Shown one piece after another: positions 63,534 through 64,000 of a stretch of DNA of 64,000 bases; positions within the stretch are counted from its first letter, which is position 1, and every line of letters begins with the position of its first letter. This DNA comes from Enoplolaimus lenunculus (Eukaryota). The notes beneath the pieces were generated by a model. It searched no databases. It was not told the DNA's origin and saw nothing but the letters and a program-made list of their open reading frames with translations. Made by a program: the position numbers and the translations under genes. The stretch lies in contig JASANG010001546.1 in the NCBI GenBank assembly GCA_030248215.1, positions 248,001 through 312,000 of the forward strand. Reading direction: 5' to 3'.

Positions 63534-64000
63534 CTGAAGCAAAATAATTTTACGTATAGTAAAATATTAAAAAATTCGTAGCTGCAGGCAAATTATATCA
63601 ATTTTTTCAAATGGACCCCTTTGCAAACCATGCCTCAATTTTCAAGCACCGCCCATGCGTTTAAATATTTAAATATGCGAAGGTAACAGATAAAACTTTG
63701 TGAATCTGGTATTAATTGGGTTATAAATTTTTGATGCAAACCCGAATTGTTAAAGTTGCCAAACGGTAAACCGTTGACGTAAAGCGAGTATCAGGGTACA
63801 ATTGGAGGTCTGCCTCAAGCTCCGGATTCGGCAAAAAATCGGCTTCCGGCTCCGGTAGAATTTTTACCAGAGGTTCGGTCGGGCAATTTCGGTATAAAAC
63901 ATTTAGCATAATTTTGCCAAACTTATCTGTTGAGCGCGGTTCGTTTTACTTGCGTCACAATTTTCAAGAAAGAATTTCCGAACGTTCGCAGCAAATTAGT

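Overview
This is AT-rich eukaryotic (animal) genomic DNA, not prokaryotic. It has GT-AG introns with frequent TTTCAG/TTTTAG acceptors and abundant interstitial TTAGGC repeats, which suggests a large-genome nematode (inference only). By eye I can assemble three spliced + strand genes. (1) The 3' part of an LMO7/LIMCH1/Smallish-like gene, with exons 927-1198, 3894-4097, 4686-7278, 7867-8031 and 9154-9179, ending in a C-terminal LIM domain and an -SEV tail. (2) An unrecognised gene built from a chain of phase-2 exons at 25655-36810, with its 5' end unresolved and a candidate 9-nt microexon. (3) A divergent Jupiter/HN1-like gene at about 51223-56992. One possible minus-strand exon lies at 63322-63533. 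Most of the rest is a dense, often nested mosaic of more than 12 short non-autonomous DNA transposon families, classified from termini and target-site duplications (TSDs) as Merlin-, piggyBac-, hAT-, PIF/Harbinger-, CMC/EnSpm-, Tc1/mariner- and Helitron-like, plus minisatellites. I saw no transposase, CRISPR array, rRNA or intact tRNA. The most notable oddities are a TTAA-targeting piggyBac-like MITE carrying a tRNA-like Pol III cassette, MITEs with 8-bp TSDs whose bodies are telomere-type TTAGGC arrays, and a minisatellite whose last unit is the working splice acceptor. All assignments come from reading the sequence; no database searches were run.
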